Source: a virus. From it: a stretch of DNA of 64,000 nucleotides. A program made the translations under genes and the position numbers. The notes beneath the pieces are model-generated. The model saw nothing but the letters and a program-made list of their open reading frames with translations. It did not search any database and was not told the origin of the DNA. The DNA is taken from positions 96,001 to 160,000 of IMG/VR virus record IMGVR_UViG_3300027969_000043. The stretch is one strand, 5' to 3'. Positions 20,681 through 30,250 of the stretch are shown here, piece by piece. Within the stretch, counting starts at the first letter, position 1, and each line of letters opens with the position of its first letter.

Positions 20681-21523
20681 ATGAAAAGAAGAATCTCTAT
20701 CGGGGAACCGATATCTAATCCTACAGCACAAATCTGTATCAACAAATCCAGACTTAAAGTCTACAACAAAGAAACCTCACCAACTTATTATTTAGAAAAA
20801 GGACAAGAGTTTCAAATCGAATTATTCAATCCAACAAAAAACACACTTTTAGCAAAAATCCAATTAAATGGAAAAGCTATATCACAAGGTGGTTTGGTGT
20901 TAAAGCCTGGCCAACGCGTGTTTTTAGAACGCTATTTAGATGTTGCTAAAAAATTCATGTTTGACACATACGAAGTATCAAATACAGAAGAAGTTAAAAA
21001 AGCCATCGAAGACAACGGCGATTTTAAAGTTGAATTTTATAAAGAATCTAATCCAACCCTTGTATATGGTACGGTAACAACATATAATACAAACAATCGA
21101 TTTACACTAACTGATAATTTTAATACTACAGCTCCTAATAATTACCTTAATCTTACTGGTAATATTACAAATACAACTTCGACGTATAGCTCTGGTATTG
21201 TAAATTGTAGTAATAGCTTTACTAATAATGTAACCAATGATAGCTTTGAACCTATACAACAAAAACCAAGACTTAGAAAAAGCTTAACCAAAAGCATAGA
21301 AACTGGTCGTGTTGAAGCTGGAAGTAGTTCAGACCAAAAATTTGAATATGTAAACAAAAGTTTTGATTACTACGCATTTCACACCGTAGAATGTAAACTA
21401 CTACCAATATCACAAAAAATAAATACGGCAGAAGATATCAACGTAAAAAGATATTGCACAAACTGTGGGACAAAACAAAAACCAGAATTTAAATTTTGTC
21501 CTAGCTGCGGAGAAAAATGCTAA
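20681..21523 (+). CDS. zinc-ribbon-containing hypothetical protein
   Basis: C-terminal YCTNCG...FCPSCG; Asn/Thr-rich linker. Confidence 0.7.
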   Translation: MKRRISIGEPISNPTAQICINKSRLKVYNKETSPTYYLEKGQEFQIELFNPTKNTLLAKIQLNGKAISQGGLVLKPGQRVFLERYLDVAKKFMFDTYEVSNTEEVKKAIEDNGDFKVEFYKESNPTLVYGTVTTYNTNNRFTLTDNFNTTAPNNYLNLTGNITNTTSTYSSGIVNCSNSFTNNVTNDSFEPIQQKPRLRKSLTKSIETGRVEAGSSSDQKFEYVNKSFDYYAFHTVECKLLPISQKINTAEDINVKRYCTNCGTKQKPEFKFCPSCGEKC

Positions 21524-21550
21524 AATAATAACTAGAGTTAACGTATTAAA

Positions 21551-21573
21551 AAAGCCCAGATTGTCTGGGCTTT
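21551..21573. terminator. bidirectional intrinsic terminator
   Basis: AAAGCCCAGA-TTG-TCTGGGCTTT between convergent genes. Confidence 0.8.
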
Positions 21574-21958
21574 ATTTATTTGGATATCTAATCATTGTAT
21601 TTCTAAACCTGAAATCTTTATACTTACCAGTATTTGAACCAAAACCAAATCGTTTATAGAAGCGTAATAAGCCTGTTTTAGAGCTTTCTGTGTCTTCTGG
21701 GGTTAATACACATAATAAATCATATTTATCACACAGCGCTGTTATTTCCGTCATCAATGCCGTTCCTAACCCCTGTCTTCTTTGCGCCTTGTCTTTTACC
21801 TTGATTGAGGCTACTTCAATTGCATCATTACCTTTCAAATATATCCAACAAGCCATACCCAATGCATCATATTTTTGTATGATACCATCTAATTCTGCTT
21901 GAATTTTAAATCTTGCATCATCTTCAACAACCTCTTGTAATATTTGTAATATTTTCAT
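21572..21958 (-). CDS. GNAT-family acetyltransferase
   Basis: QRRQGLGTALM (motif A), LLRFYKRFGF; leader MKILQILQE. Confidence 0.8.
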   Translation of the reverse strand: MKILQILQEVVEDDARFKIQAELDGIIQKYDALGMACWIYLKGNDAIEVASIKVKDKAQRRQGLGTALMTEITALCDKYDLLCVLTPEDTESSKTGLLRFYKRFGFGSNTGKYKDFRFRNTMIRYPNK

Positions 21959-21961
21959 ATA

Positions 21962-22726
21962 TTAATTTCTCATATTTTTACCCAGCAAACCTTCTCTATG
22001 CATTCTAAGTTTTAATTCTTTACGCCATTTGGCCCTTGTTTCACCTGTAAACTTATTATTAACACTATGCAATGATGGCGATAACTCTAACATATCTTGG
22101 AATGTCATCTCATCCCACATATCTTTATGTTTATTATACACTTGTTTAACATTATGAATTTGAGCTTGAATTTCCATTCTTGTTGCGTCTACAGGTATAC
22201 CACCTAAACTTGTTGTATTACGCTCCCTTGCTTTATCAACTCTTGCCTCAATATGTTTATTATTTAAAGTATCATCAATCCAATGTGCTAATTCATGATG
22301 TATACTACCTTTGATTCTTGCCTCGGTAAACTCTTTAATCAAGCTTTTTCTTTGTTTTTCATCGCTTAATTCGTCCAATGCCTTTTCTATATTGCCTTTA
22401 GCATAATTCATAACAAAACTAATAGCGTTTTTAAATGCGCCAATACCAATTATTTTATGTTTTGGGTTATAGAAATTAAGGCCTGGGTTTATTTTTATAA
22501 CGCATGGATTTAATTCATGACACTTAATTGAATCAGGTGACATTAAAATCGAAGTATCCGTTTCAGCCTCTTCAAACATTGAGCTAGTAACAAATCCTGT
22601 TCTTTCAATAGCATCAACATCATCCTTAAAATATTTATCATACAACATATCAACATCGCTATCAACTTCTGTTAATTTTTCTGACAAAAGATTTTCACGT
22701 AATAATTTTTTAATAAATGATTTCAT
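21962..22726 (-). CDS. putative zinc metallopeptidase with an LxE leader
   Basis: IHHELAH plus downstream MEIQAQ; leader MKSFIKKLLRENLLSEKLTE. Confidence 0.6.
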   Translation of the reverse strand: MKSFIKKLLRENLLSEKLTEVDSDVDMLYDKYFKDDVDAIERTGFVTSSMFEEAETDTSILMSPDSIKCHELNPCVIKINPGLNFYNPKHKIIGIGAFKNAISFVMNYAKGNIEKALDELSDEKQRKSLIKEFTEARIKGSIHHELAHWIDDTLNNKHIEARVDKARERNTTSLGGIPVDATRMEIQAQIHNVKQVYNKHKDMWDEMTFQDMLELSPSLHSVNNKFTGETRAKWRKELKLRMHREGLLGKNMRN

Positions 22727-22727
22727 A

Positions 22728-23318
22728 TTATTTTACCAAAAATTTAGAATAGTCCATAGTCGATGGTTTATCATTTTTAAAATAATACTTTTCAACTTTA
22801 TTACCGTACTTGATTGTTTTATAATAACCATCTGGAATTGTCGCACCTGTACTTAACTTAATTGATGATTTTGAAAAAACACATTGTATCTCAACATTAA
22901 CAATTTTATTTTCATTTGCCAATAATCTTTCACGCGCTTCTAATAATCGCCATGTTGTTCTATTTAAATCTTGATTTTGAAGTGAACAGTTTAAATAACT
23001 AAATGTTTTATACAGCATCTCTTTAGTACAATTAAAATCAGCTGCTGGTGCCATATGACCCTTATCATATATATTATTCACATAATCCATGTGGTCAGAT
23101 GTTTTAACACTATCTATGGTATAAAAATCCATACCCTTTCTAGACGCGTCGCCATTAGGACACTTTACAGTATATTTAACCCACACAGGTTGTTCCAAAA
23201 CTTCAGAATATATTACCTCGTAGATATCGGTTTTAATATGAACCTTATCTCTTAATTTTTGTGAAAATATACTTAACGGTATAATACCAATTAGTATAAT
23301 TAATAACATTTTTTTCAT
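22728..23318 (-). CDS. DNA/RNA non-specific endonuclease with a signal peptide
   Basis: YDKGHMAPAAD, TFSYLN..LQ..LN..W..LE; N-terminal MKKMLLIILIGIIPLSIFSQ. Confidence 0.85.
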   Translation of the reverse strand: MKKMLLIILIGIIPLSIFSQKLRDKVHIKTDIYEVIYSEVLEQPVWVKYTVKCPNGDASRKGMDFYTIDSVKTSDHMDYVNNIYDKGHMAPAADFNCTKEMLYKTFSYLNCSLQNQDLNRTTWRLLEARERLLANENKIVNVEIQCVFSKSSIKLSTGATIPDGYYKTIKYGNKVEKYYFKNDKPSTMDYSKFLVK

Positions 23319-24010
23319 ACTAATAAATATCTTGAACCCTTAGAAAGATTTTCAGTTCCCCATAGAGGTTGAAGATTACATAAATCCCAACATTCCTTAA
23401 ACTCTGGGTCATCCAATGATGTAAAATTAAAACTAGACATTGGTCTTATATGGTCAACATGCCATTGACCATAATTATCCCATGTCATACCTTCAGTAAA
23501 TTGTTTTTCCAAATGCTGCATCAACTCTTCAATTGTATAACCAAGTAATGCAAATGTAGAGCGATACTTAGCGACATTTTTTTCTTTTAAACATGTCCAT
23601 AGCGCTGTTCGTGTATTTCTACTTAACCTATATCTAGGGTCAATAGCGCATTTATTTTTATTGTATTCTCTAGAATATGCATTTACGTGCTCTCTATTTT
23701 CTTCCCTCCATTTAGTGTGTTGTTTGCGCACATAATTCCTATTTTTTTTAGACCATTTTTTATAAAATTCACTTCTTTTTAATCTTGTACCCACTTTAGT
23801 CTCATATTTTTTTTGTGCGACGGACCTACCACCAATGTTACGTCTTCCAGATGGACCAATCACAACCCCATTTTCTTTTAATGTTCTTATTATAATTGTT
23901 TTATGTATACCCATATGTTCACTTATAGTTGTGGAGCCTAATAATTCCTTAGTATACATTCTTATACACTCATCTACTTGCTCTTTTGTTAATTCAATTT
24001 TTTTACTCAT
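23315..24010 (-). CDS. HNH (homing) endonuclease
   Basis: WHVDHIRP...NLQPLWGTENLSK; N-terminal HTH-like segment; free-standing next to the capsid gene. Confidence 0.8.
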   Translation of the reverse strand: MSKKIELTKEQVDECIRMYTKELLGSTTISEHMGIHKTIIIRTLKENGVVIGPSGRRNIGGRSVAQKKYETKVGTRLKRSEFYKKWSKKNRNYVRKQHTKWREENREHVNAYSREYNKNKCAIDPRYRLSRNTRTALWTCLKEKNVAKYRSTFALLGYTIEELMQHLEKQFTEGMTWDNYGQWHVDHIRPMSSFNFTSLDDPEFKECWDLCNLQPLWGTENLSKGSRYLLV

Positions 24011-24059
24011 AATTATAAATATACAAACAACCTATATAAAAGTCAAGTTATTAAAACAA

Positions 24060-24085
24060 AAAAGGTGGAAATTATTCCACCTTTT
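24060..24085 (-). terminator. terminator after the major capsid gene
   Basis: AAAAGGTGGAA-ATTA-TTCCACCTTTT. Confidence 0.8.
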
Positions 24086-24107
24086 AAGTTTATAGTTTTA
24101 GAAATGA

Positions 24108-25958
24108 TTATCTCAATTCAGCAACATTAAATGTTGGAATACCATCTACTCTTACATGTCCGTAAAATCTATTATTGACACTCTTCTTAGCGTAACGAGT
24201 CATGATACCTTTAACTGGAGCAAAGTTAAATGGATTGTACATGGTTGGAGTTAATTGCAACGGCACGTATGGTGCGTAGATGTAACCTGTATCCAACAAT
24301 GACTTACCTTTATGTCCAATAATTATAGAGTATGATGGAGAATACGGGTCACGATAAACTTGATATCTACCGCCTAATGTACCGATTCTTTCAATACCCA
24401 TGTTATATTGGTCTTGCTCAGGATTAGCATCACTTACGTGGAAATATTCTAAATCATCGAATACTGCAGATACTTCTGAAGATACAACGATAAAGTTAGC
24501 ACCACCACGAAGAGTTGACTTGTGGATTTGAGCAGAAATTTGGTTAACTTTAGTTATTAAAGTTTGGTTCCAATCTTTCTGTGTGTAAGGACTAGAAGAT
24601 GAAGAAGCTTTTCTCCAACCGTTATAATCCCAACGTAATTGCCATGCAGCAACTTTACGCAAATCTCTCAAGATTTCTCTATCGATTTCCGCAGCAACTT
24701 GCTCAGATAACATTGCTGTTAATTCAGCTTCAGCATCGATGTTGTGGAATGCACTAACGTCTTGCGCTAATTCTGGAGACCAAGTAGCTCTTAATTTTCT
24801 TTCTTCTACAGAAACTACAACGTCAGTTAAAGTGAAAGAAACTTCACCCATTTCAGTTTCAAGTTCCAATGTAGCGTATTCAGCCCAAGCAGCAGTAAGT
24901 GCAGAGAATGAAGCTAATGTAGTTGCAGAAGCACCAACATAACCATCAAAAGTAGCCGTACCAGCAGCAGCAGAACCAGATGCAGTTGTACCAACTGGGT
25001 GAGTTAAGTCAAGACCCAAGAAGATATAACCAGTGTTATCAGTTAAATTTGTGTAATTAACGATACCTTGACCATATACTTGAGTAATAACACGGAAAGG
25101 AATAGCTCTGTTAGCAGCAACAATAACATTACCAGCATTATCTAAAATGTTAGAGCTAGTAACAACTTGTAAAGAAGCTAAGAAAGATTCTGTATCCATT
25201 GGGTTACCATCAGGACCAGTTAATACTTGTTTGTTAGAAGCACCACCTGTAAAACCAGATACAGCAACAACTAATTGTCTTAACGAACCATCAGCAGCAA
25301 CAGGACCTACAACAGCTGTAGAAACCGCAGCAACACGTGTGTATGAACCATCGCCGTTACCAGAGAAAACTGGAACATTACTCATAGTACGGATAGTCAA
25401 TGTACCTTTTGAGTTATCAAATAAACCATCATCATAGAATAAATCATAAAGATTTTTTGCTAAGAATGGTGTAACTACGCAAGTACCAGCAGCTGGTAAT
25501 ACGCAACTAGGAATACCAGAAGATGCAAAGCTAGTATGAGCTGAGAATGTTGTACCGTAAACATCAGAACCAGGTTGGTTTTGTGTATAGTCATTACCAG
25601 CAACACCAGAACCGTCTACACGACTAGAAGTCTGAGGTACGAAATAGAACAATTTACCAATTGGCATGTTCATAGCTTGTACAGACACGATGTCATTAGC
25701 TAATAATTTAGAGAATACTCTTCTCACGATAGGGAATACAACAGTTTCGAATGAACCTGAAGAGGTTGAAGTTGTTGATTCAGTTAATAATGAAGAAGCT
25801 TGGTTCTCATATAATTGAGCGATGTTTTCTTTTACGTGTCCTTTAAGACCTTCAAGAAAACCTAAGCTTTCCCATTTTGCTTGGGTTTCTTTACGGATAG
25901 CCTTCATGTGGTTTAATCCGATGTTCCCAACTTGTCCAGATGTTAATAAATGTGACAT
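24108..25958 (-). CDS. gp23: major capsid protein, T4 gp23-like
   Basis: FPIVRRVF, VSVQAM..P.G, RKLRATWSPELAQD, AEAEL..LSE..AAEIDREI, IYAPYVPL, P..GIMTRY. Confidence 0.95.
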   Translation of the reverse strand: MSHLLTSGQVGNIGLNHMKAIRKETQAKWESLGFLEGLKGHVKENIAQLYENQASSLLTESTTSTSSGSFETVVFPIVRRVFSKLLANDIVSVQAMNMPIGKLFYFVPQTSSRVDGSGVAGNDYTQNQPGSDVYGTTFSAHTSFASSGIPSCVLPAAGTCVVTPFLAKNLYDLFYDDGLFDNSKGTLTIRTMSNVPVFSGNGDGSYTRVAAVSTAVVGPVAADGSLRQLVVAVSGFTGGASNKQVLTGPDGNPMDTESFLASLQVVTSSNILDNAGNVIVAANRAIPFRVITQVYGQGIVNYTNLTDNTGYIFLGLDLTHPVGTTASGSAAAGTATFDGYVGASATTLASFSALTAAWAEYATLELETEMGEVSFTLTDVVVSVEERKLRATWSPELAQDVSAFHNIDAEAELTAMLSEQVAAEIDREILRDLRKVAAWQLRWDYNGWRKASSSSSPYTQKDWNQTLITKVNQISAQIHKSTLRGGANFIVVSSEVSAVFDDLEYFHVSDANPEQDQYNMGIERIGTLGGRYQVYRDPYSPSYSIIIGHKGKSLLDTGYIYAPYVPLQLTPTMYNPFNFAPVKGIMTRYAKKSVNNRFYGHVRVDGIPTFNVAELR

Positions 25959-25980
25959 AATTTTTTTAGGTTTTTATTTT

Positions 25981-27270
25981 TTAATATTTATCTTTATTTT
26001 CAACTCTATTAATTAAATCTTTAATTCTTTGAGTCGAAGGGTCAACATACGCAGTAGCTTCGTTTAATTGTTTTGAGCTACCTGTTGCAACCTCTTTGAT
26101 TATTTTACTACCGATTGATTCGTTAACTGGCTTTCTGCTAGATAATTCGTTAATGATAGTTTTGTATAACTTTTTAGACTCTTTAAGGTTAGTTACTTCC
26201 TCATCAAATCTTTGAATTATTTTTTTCTTTTCTTCTTTAGTAGTAGAATGTTCCATGAATAACTTAGTTACGTAACTTAAATTCGAATTGAAAACTACAG
26301 TTTCTACCAACATGCCTCTGAATTTCTTAAGAGCTTTTCTAAAGTCTTCATTTTCGGCTTTTAATTGTGTTGCTTCGTTTAACAATTTCTTGTACTTAAC
26401 CTCAGCTTCAATGATAACATTTTTAGAAGACACGGATTCTTTTTTTACGCCTGGACCTTTTGTGTAAATGTCTGGAAGATTAGAATGACCACCAACGCTT
26501 TTACCAACACCAGATTTAATTTTTTCTTGTACAGGGTTTTCGTCAGTTTCTTCTACTTCAGCAACAACTTCGTCAGATTCGTCAGACTCTTCTAAATTAG
26601 CATCATCTTTGTCTTCATCTTCCATCATTGTTGAATCTTCACCCATAGCTATTTCATAAGTTAACTCTTCTATTCCCTCATAGCCTTCTTCCATCTCATA
26701 TCCTTCCTCTTCCATAGACTCATCGCCCATTTCAGATTGGCCGCCCATTCCAAGTGCACCTTTTTTAACGATGTACTCGCCTGGTTCTGAGATGTTAAGG
26801 TGGATTTCATCACCAACAATTTCGATTTCATCATCACCACTCAATTTCTTGTAAATAGCGATAACGTCATCATCTGATGCGTCAGTCATATCCAAATCAT
26901 CTCCTCCTAGTGCATCGTCTGCACTCGTGCCTATTTCTTGGTCGTCTTCTGGACCAACTTCTGGAGACATTTCGTCGTCGTCATCAGATTCGTCGTCTCC
27001 GATTTCAATATCAGTATCATCATCTTCAGTACCTTCAACATCATCACCTTCTGGTGAATCAGTTTCGTCTCCTTCAGAATCAGAACCTTCAATCTCATCT
27101 TCAACGGCTTCTTCTTCGTAGCCAGCTTCTTCAAGCGACTCTTTCACCATACCATCAATTTCTTCTCTCGCAACGGAGCGAAGTATTTCTTTGGTGTTGG
27201 CATTTAAAGCTTCTTGGATAACTTTGATATCCAAAAGAGCTCCTTCATAAATTGATTTTTTTTCTGCCAT
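25981..27270 (-). CDS. prohead core/scaffold protein (gp22-like position)
   Basis: Highly acidic, C-terminal coiled coil, many (L/I/V)xE sites; lies between protease and capsid genes. Confidence 0.7.
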   Translation of the reverse strand: MAEKKSIYEGALLDIKVIQEALNANTKEILRSVAREEIDGMVKESLEEAGYEEEAVEDEIEGSDSEGDETDSPEGDDVEGTEDDDTDIEIGDDESDDDDEMSPEVGPEDDQEIGTSADDALGGDDLDMTDASDDDVIAIYKKLSGDDEIEIVGDEIHLNISEPGEYIVKKGALGMGGQSEMGDESMEEEGYEMEEGYEGIEELTYEIAMGEDSTMMEDEDKDDANLEESDESDEVVAEVEETDENPVQEKIKSGVGKSVGGHSNLPDIYTKGPGVKKESVSSKNVIIEAEVKYKKLLNEATQLKAENEDFRKALKKFRGMLVETVVFNSNLSYVTKLFMEHSTTKEEKKKIIQRFDEEVTNLKESKKLYKTIINELSSRKPVNESIGSKIIKEVATGSSKQLNEATAYVDPSTQRIKDLINRVENKDKY

Positions 27271-27334
27271 TGTATTTTTTTTGTTATTTTAATTATTATT
27301 AAATAATAAATAGTGAGTACACCCCACGTACATA

Positions 27335-27342
27335 ATAAATAT
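27335..27342 (-). promoter_or_regulatory. candidate late promoter motif ATATTTAT for the scaffold-capsid operon
   Basis: ATAAATAT on + strand, followed on the minus strand by hairpin GTGGG-GTGTA-CTCAC. Confidence 0.65.
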
Positions 27343-27391
27343 GTAATTATTTATGAAAAATTCTTTTTTGCTAAAAAATTTAGAAATATAA

Positions 27392-28090
27392 TTAACCGAT
27401 TAAGAAATTATCTAAACCCTCATTAAGATTTGATTTTTGTATGATTTTGTTTTCAACAAAGGGTTTTGCTTCTTCTCTGTTTTTAAACATCCAAGAGCCT
27501 GGGGTACTAGGCGCAGTAACAACGTCCCAACATATTAATTCAAAGTCGTCTTGAACAATGAAATCACCCTTGATTTCTTTTAATGAACCTACACCTCTAG
27601 AAGACACACCAATCATGATATTATTTCTTAATAAGTTTGCAACTTCGTCACCCTTTGTTGAAACAATACCGTAATTAATATACCCCTTGGTCATTAGGAT
27701 TTCCATTTTACCCATTAGGGTTTTTCCTTCCCACCATGTTTGTATGATATTATGGGATACTCTATCACCAGCAATAACGCTAGATTCAGGGTGGTCTAAT
27801 TCTCCAATCGCCCTTCTTTCCCTGATGGCTTGTTGATAAATTTCGTTTTGTGTTTTAAGTATTTCTTCTGGATAAATCCTTCCGTTTCTATTTTTTACAC
27901 CATATTTTTGGAGCACCACATAAACAACTAGGCTATCTGAGTCATCTTGACCCATTTCTAATTTTTTAAACTCTCTTATAAGAGATTGGTTTTTAGGGTC
28001 ACTAGGTGATATGAATCCAGCGTCATTTTCAATCAAATAACCTGTACCAACTTGACCAGCCTTTATTACTTTTAAATCCATATTTATCAT
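27392..28090 (-). CDS. gp21: prohead protease, T4 gp21-like
   Basis: KNRNGRIYP, GELDHP, VSH, GVSSRGVGS, VQDDF, DVV..PS. Confidence 0.93.
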   Translation of the reverse strand: MINMDLKVIKAGQVGTGYLIENDAGFISPSDPKNQSLIREFKKLEMGQDDSDSLVVYVVLQKYGVKNRNGRIYPEEILKTQNEIYQQAIRERRAIGELDHPESSVIAGDRVSHNIIQTWWEGKTLMGKMEILMTKGYINYGIVSTKGDEVANLLRNNIMIGVSSRGVGSLKEIKGDFIVQDDFELICWDVVTAPSTPGSWMFKNREEAKPFVENKIIQKSNLNEGLDNFLIG

Positions 28091-28120
28091 TTATTACAAT
28101 AAATATGTTAAAAGAATAAA

Positions 28121-28144
28121 AAACCCCGAATTAATCGGGGCTTT
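28121..28144 (-). terminator. intrinsic terminator
   Basis: CCCCGA-ATTAA-TCGGGG with flanking A-run. Confidence 0.7.
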
Positions 28145-28146
28145 AT

Positions 28147-28305
28147 TTATCTTTTAATTTTATCATTTTTGTGAAAGGAATCAATTAACTCATTAATTGA
28201 TATTAGTTTATCTTCAGTACTTAACGATGAATTTTGTAATATTTCACTTATTGGTAAAATGCAGTTATAGTACATTTCAGTTCTTGTGTATACTAAATAG
28301 TTCAT
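28147..28305 (-). CDS. small hypothetical protein
   Basis: ATG at 28305 directly after the upstream stop; ends before the terminator. Confidence 0.4.
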   Translation of the reverse strand: MNYLVYTRTEMYYNCILPISEILQNSSLSTEDKLISINELIDSFHKNDKIKR

Positions 28306-28306
28306 A

Positions 28307-28750
28307 TTATTTTTTTCTTTTGTAAAACTTAAAATACTCGTTATTTTCAAATACCGAATTAATAGATGTTTCGATTAGGTTATATATTGTTGGCTTTAAC
28401 GCATCCGAATTTACTGGAATCTCATTTTTCATGTAAAGCGTCACTTCACAGTTTGTAAAACTTCTTTTACCATACTTAACCCCCGATTCTCTAATATCAA
28501 AATCTACGATTGTTTTATCTTTAAAAAAAGGTACTAAAGTATTCGATTCAATCGAATTATAGACCGTTTGTCTTAAATTTTTATCGGTGTCTCGTATAAC
28601 TCTATTATAATTTGATAACCCCTCTATTTTTGGTTCGGCCCACGCTGAAATATTAATATAAATTGCTTTTGGGTTTTTATTGTTTACACTACCATAAACA
28701 ACATTGTAGTTTTTAAATTCGTTGACTTTTAATTCTTTTCCTTTTTTCAT
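28307..28750 (-). CDS. hypothetical protein
   Basis: 147-aa ORF preceded by TTGACA-N17-TATACT. Confidence 0.65.
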   Translation of the reverse strand: MKKGKELKVNEFKNYNVVYGSVNNKNPKAIYINISAWAEPKIEGLSNYNRVIRDTDKNLRQTVYNSIESNTLVPFFKDKTIVDFDIRESGVKYGKRSFTNCEVTLYMKNEIPVNSDALKPTIYNLIETSINSVFENNEYFKFYKRKK

Positions 28751-28771
28751 ATACCTGGTGTTTTTTATTCA

Positions 28772-28800
28772 AGTATAGTAAAAAATAATTAACCTGTCAA
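28772..28800 (-). promoter_or_regulatory. host-sigma-type promoter TTGACA-N17-TATACT(TG)
   Basis: tgtcaa at 28795-28800 and agtata at 28772-28777 on + strand. Confidence 0.6.
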
Positions 28801-28811
28801 TACCCCTAACC

Positions 28812-29144
28812 CTATTTTTTAAGGAAAAATATAACAAATCCTAGAACAATTTGTAAAAATGTGACAATAGCAACCGTAGCTACCCATTTATTTTTTTGAC
28901 TATAAATTTCGTCTTTGGCTTCTTTCATTTGCTGCGGTGACCAAACGTCATTAACTTTTTCAATCCAAGCCTTGTGGTCAGAAACTAATCTTTCGGTATT
29001 TTTAAAATCTGATAACGTATTTTGCATTTCTTGAAAACGAGAATCTATATCTAGTCTCATTTTTTCATAGTTATCATTTAATCTTTCTAGTTCTTTAAGA
29101 ACTAATTTACTATAATCACCCCAAGTTTCGTTTTGTGTGCTCAT
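28812..29144 (-). CDS. coiled-coil protein with a C-terminal transmembrane helix
   Basis: WVATVAIVTFLQIVLGFVIFFLKK; ATG at 29144. Confidence 0.6.
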   Translation of the reverse strand: MSTQNETWGDYSKLVLKELERLNDNYEKMRLDIDSRFQEMQNTLSDFKNTERLVSDHKAWIEKVNDVWSPQQMKEAKDEIYSQKNKWVATVAIVTFLQIVLGFVIFFLKK

Positions 29145-29146
29145 CT

Positions 29147-29398
29147 TTAACAAAATTTAAATTGACTCACCATTATTTTTAAATTTTGAAACATTTTTTC
29201 GTAACATTTTACTTTCTCGTCAACATCTTTTTGGTCACTAATTTTTGACGCTTCCAAATCTATTATTTTATTGATTTCAGACGCAATAATTTTATTATTA
29301 TTGTCATCAGTTTCTTCTTCAAAACTATTTAAACAAAGTTTATCACTTAGTTCTTTAAGTTTATTTAAATTTGAACTTGTTTCAATAGAACTATTCAT
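29147..29398 (-). CDS. hypothetical protein
   Basis: 83-aa ORF in operon. Confidence 0.5.
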   Translation of the reverse strand: MNSSIETSSNLNKLKELSDKLCLNSFEEETDDNNNKIIASEINKIIDLEASKISDQKDVDEKVKCYEKMFQNLKIMVSQFKFC

Positions 29399-29420
29399 TT
29401 TAATTATGAATTAAATTGTC

Positions 29421-30200
29421 TTAATTATCAATTAAGTTATTTTTCAATTCCATAAGTTTAGAAATCTTATCAAGAAATTTATCGTTGTCAATTTCTTGGT
29501 CTTCTAATAACTTAGCTTTAACCTTTAATAATTTTTCTTTAGCTTCACCTGATTCTTCAGTTAACAACGTATCAATTATCTTAACACACTCATTAACTTC
29601 TTTTTGGTATAACTCTTTTTTCGCGTCAACATCTGGATTGATTAAAACCTTGATTACTTCTTTGTCAGCCTCGCTTAATGATGAATATTTGTCATTATAT
29701 TTCTCAACCATTAATTTTGATAACATACTTAACGGTAAATCAAAACTCTCGTTGACTTCTTTTGGTTTATTGGCTAAAATATAATCTGTTATATTTTTAA
29801 CCTCGGTCATAACGCTCTCAATATTTTGAGGTGTTTTATTAATAAACGTTAATTTTGTGATTGATTCGTGTAAATTCGATAAATTATATTTATCATCAAC
29901 ATTGTGTTTAATACCAATCAACATTGATGCCAATTTTGAATTTTCTTTCAAAATATCTTTTTGATTATACTTTTCTAATAATCTTAAGTTTTCTGAAACA
30001 AAAGAAAAAACAGATAATGAATCATCACCTATTTTATTTTCTATATTACTATAAATTAAAAATTGAGTTCTTAATATTTCACTTTCTTTAATTGTTTTAA
30101 TGTATTTTTTAAACAACTTTTTAGTGTTTTCATCTTTTTTTGCAATAGCCTCAACTAGTAAATTATTGAACGTATTTTTAATTTTACCAAAATTTTGCAT
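29421..30200 (-). CDS. hypothetical head-module protein
   Basis: 259 aa; between portal and protease; ATATTTAT at 30218-30225. Confidence 0.65.
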   Translation of the reverse strand: MQNFGKIKNTFNNLLVEAIAKKDENTKKLFKKYIKTIKESEILRTQFLIYSNIENKIGDDSLSVFSFVSENLRLLEKYNQKDILKENSKLASMLIGIKHNVDDKYNLSNLHESITKLTFINKTPQNIESVMTEVKNITDYILANKPKEVNESFDLPLSMLSKLMVEKYNDKYSSLSEADKEVIKVLINPDVDAKKELYQKEVNECVKIIDTLLTEESGEAKEKLLKVKAKLLEDQEIDNDKFLDKISKLMELKNNLIDN

Positions 30201-30250
30201 TAGTACTATTTTACTTTATAAATATCATTATTTGTATGAAAAAAAATAAA

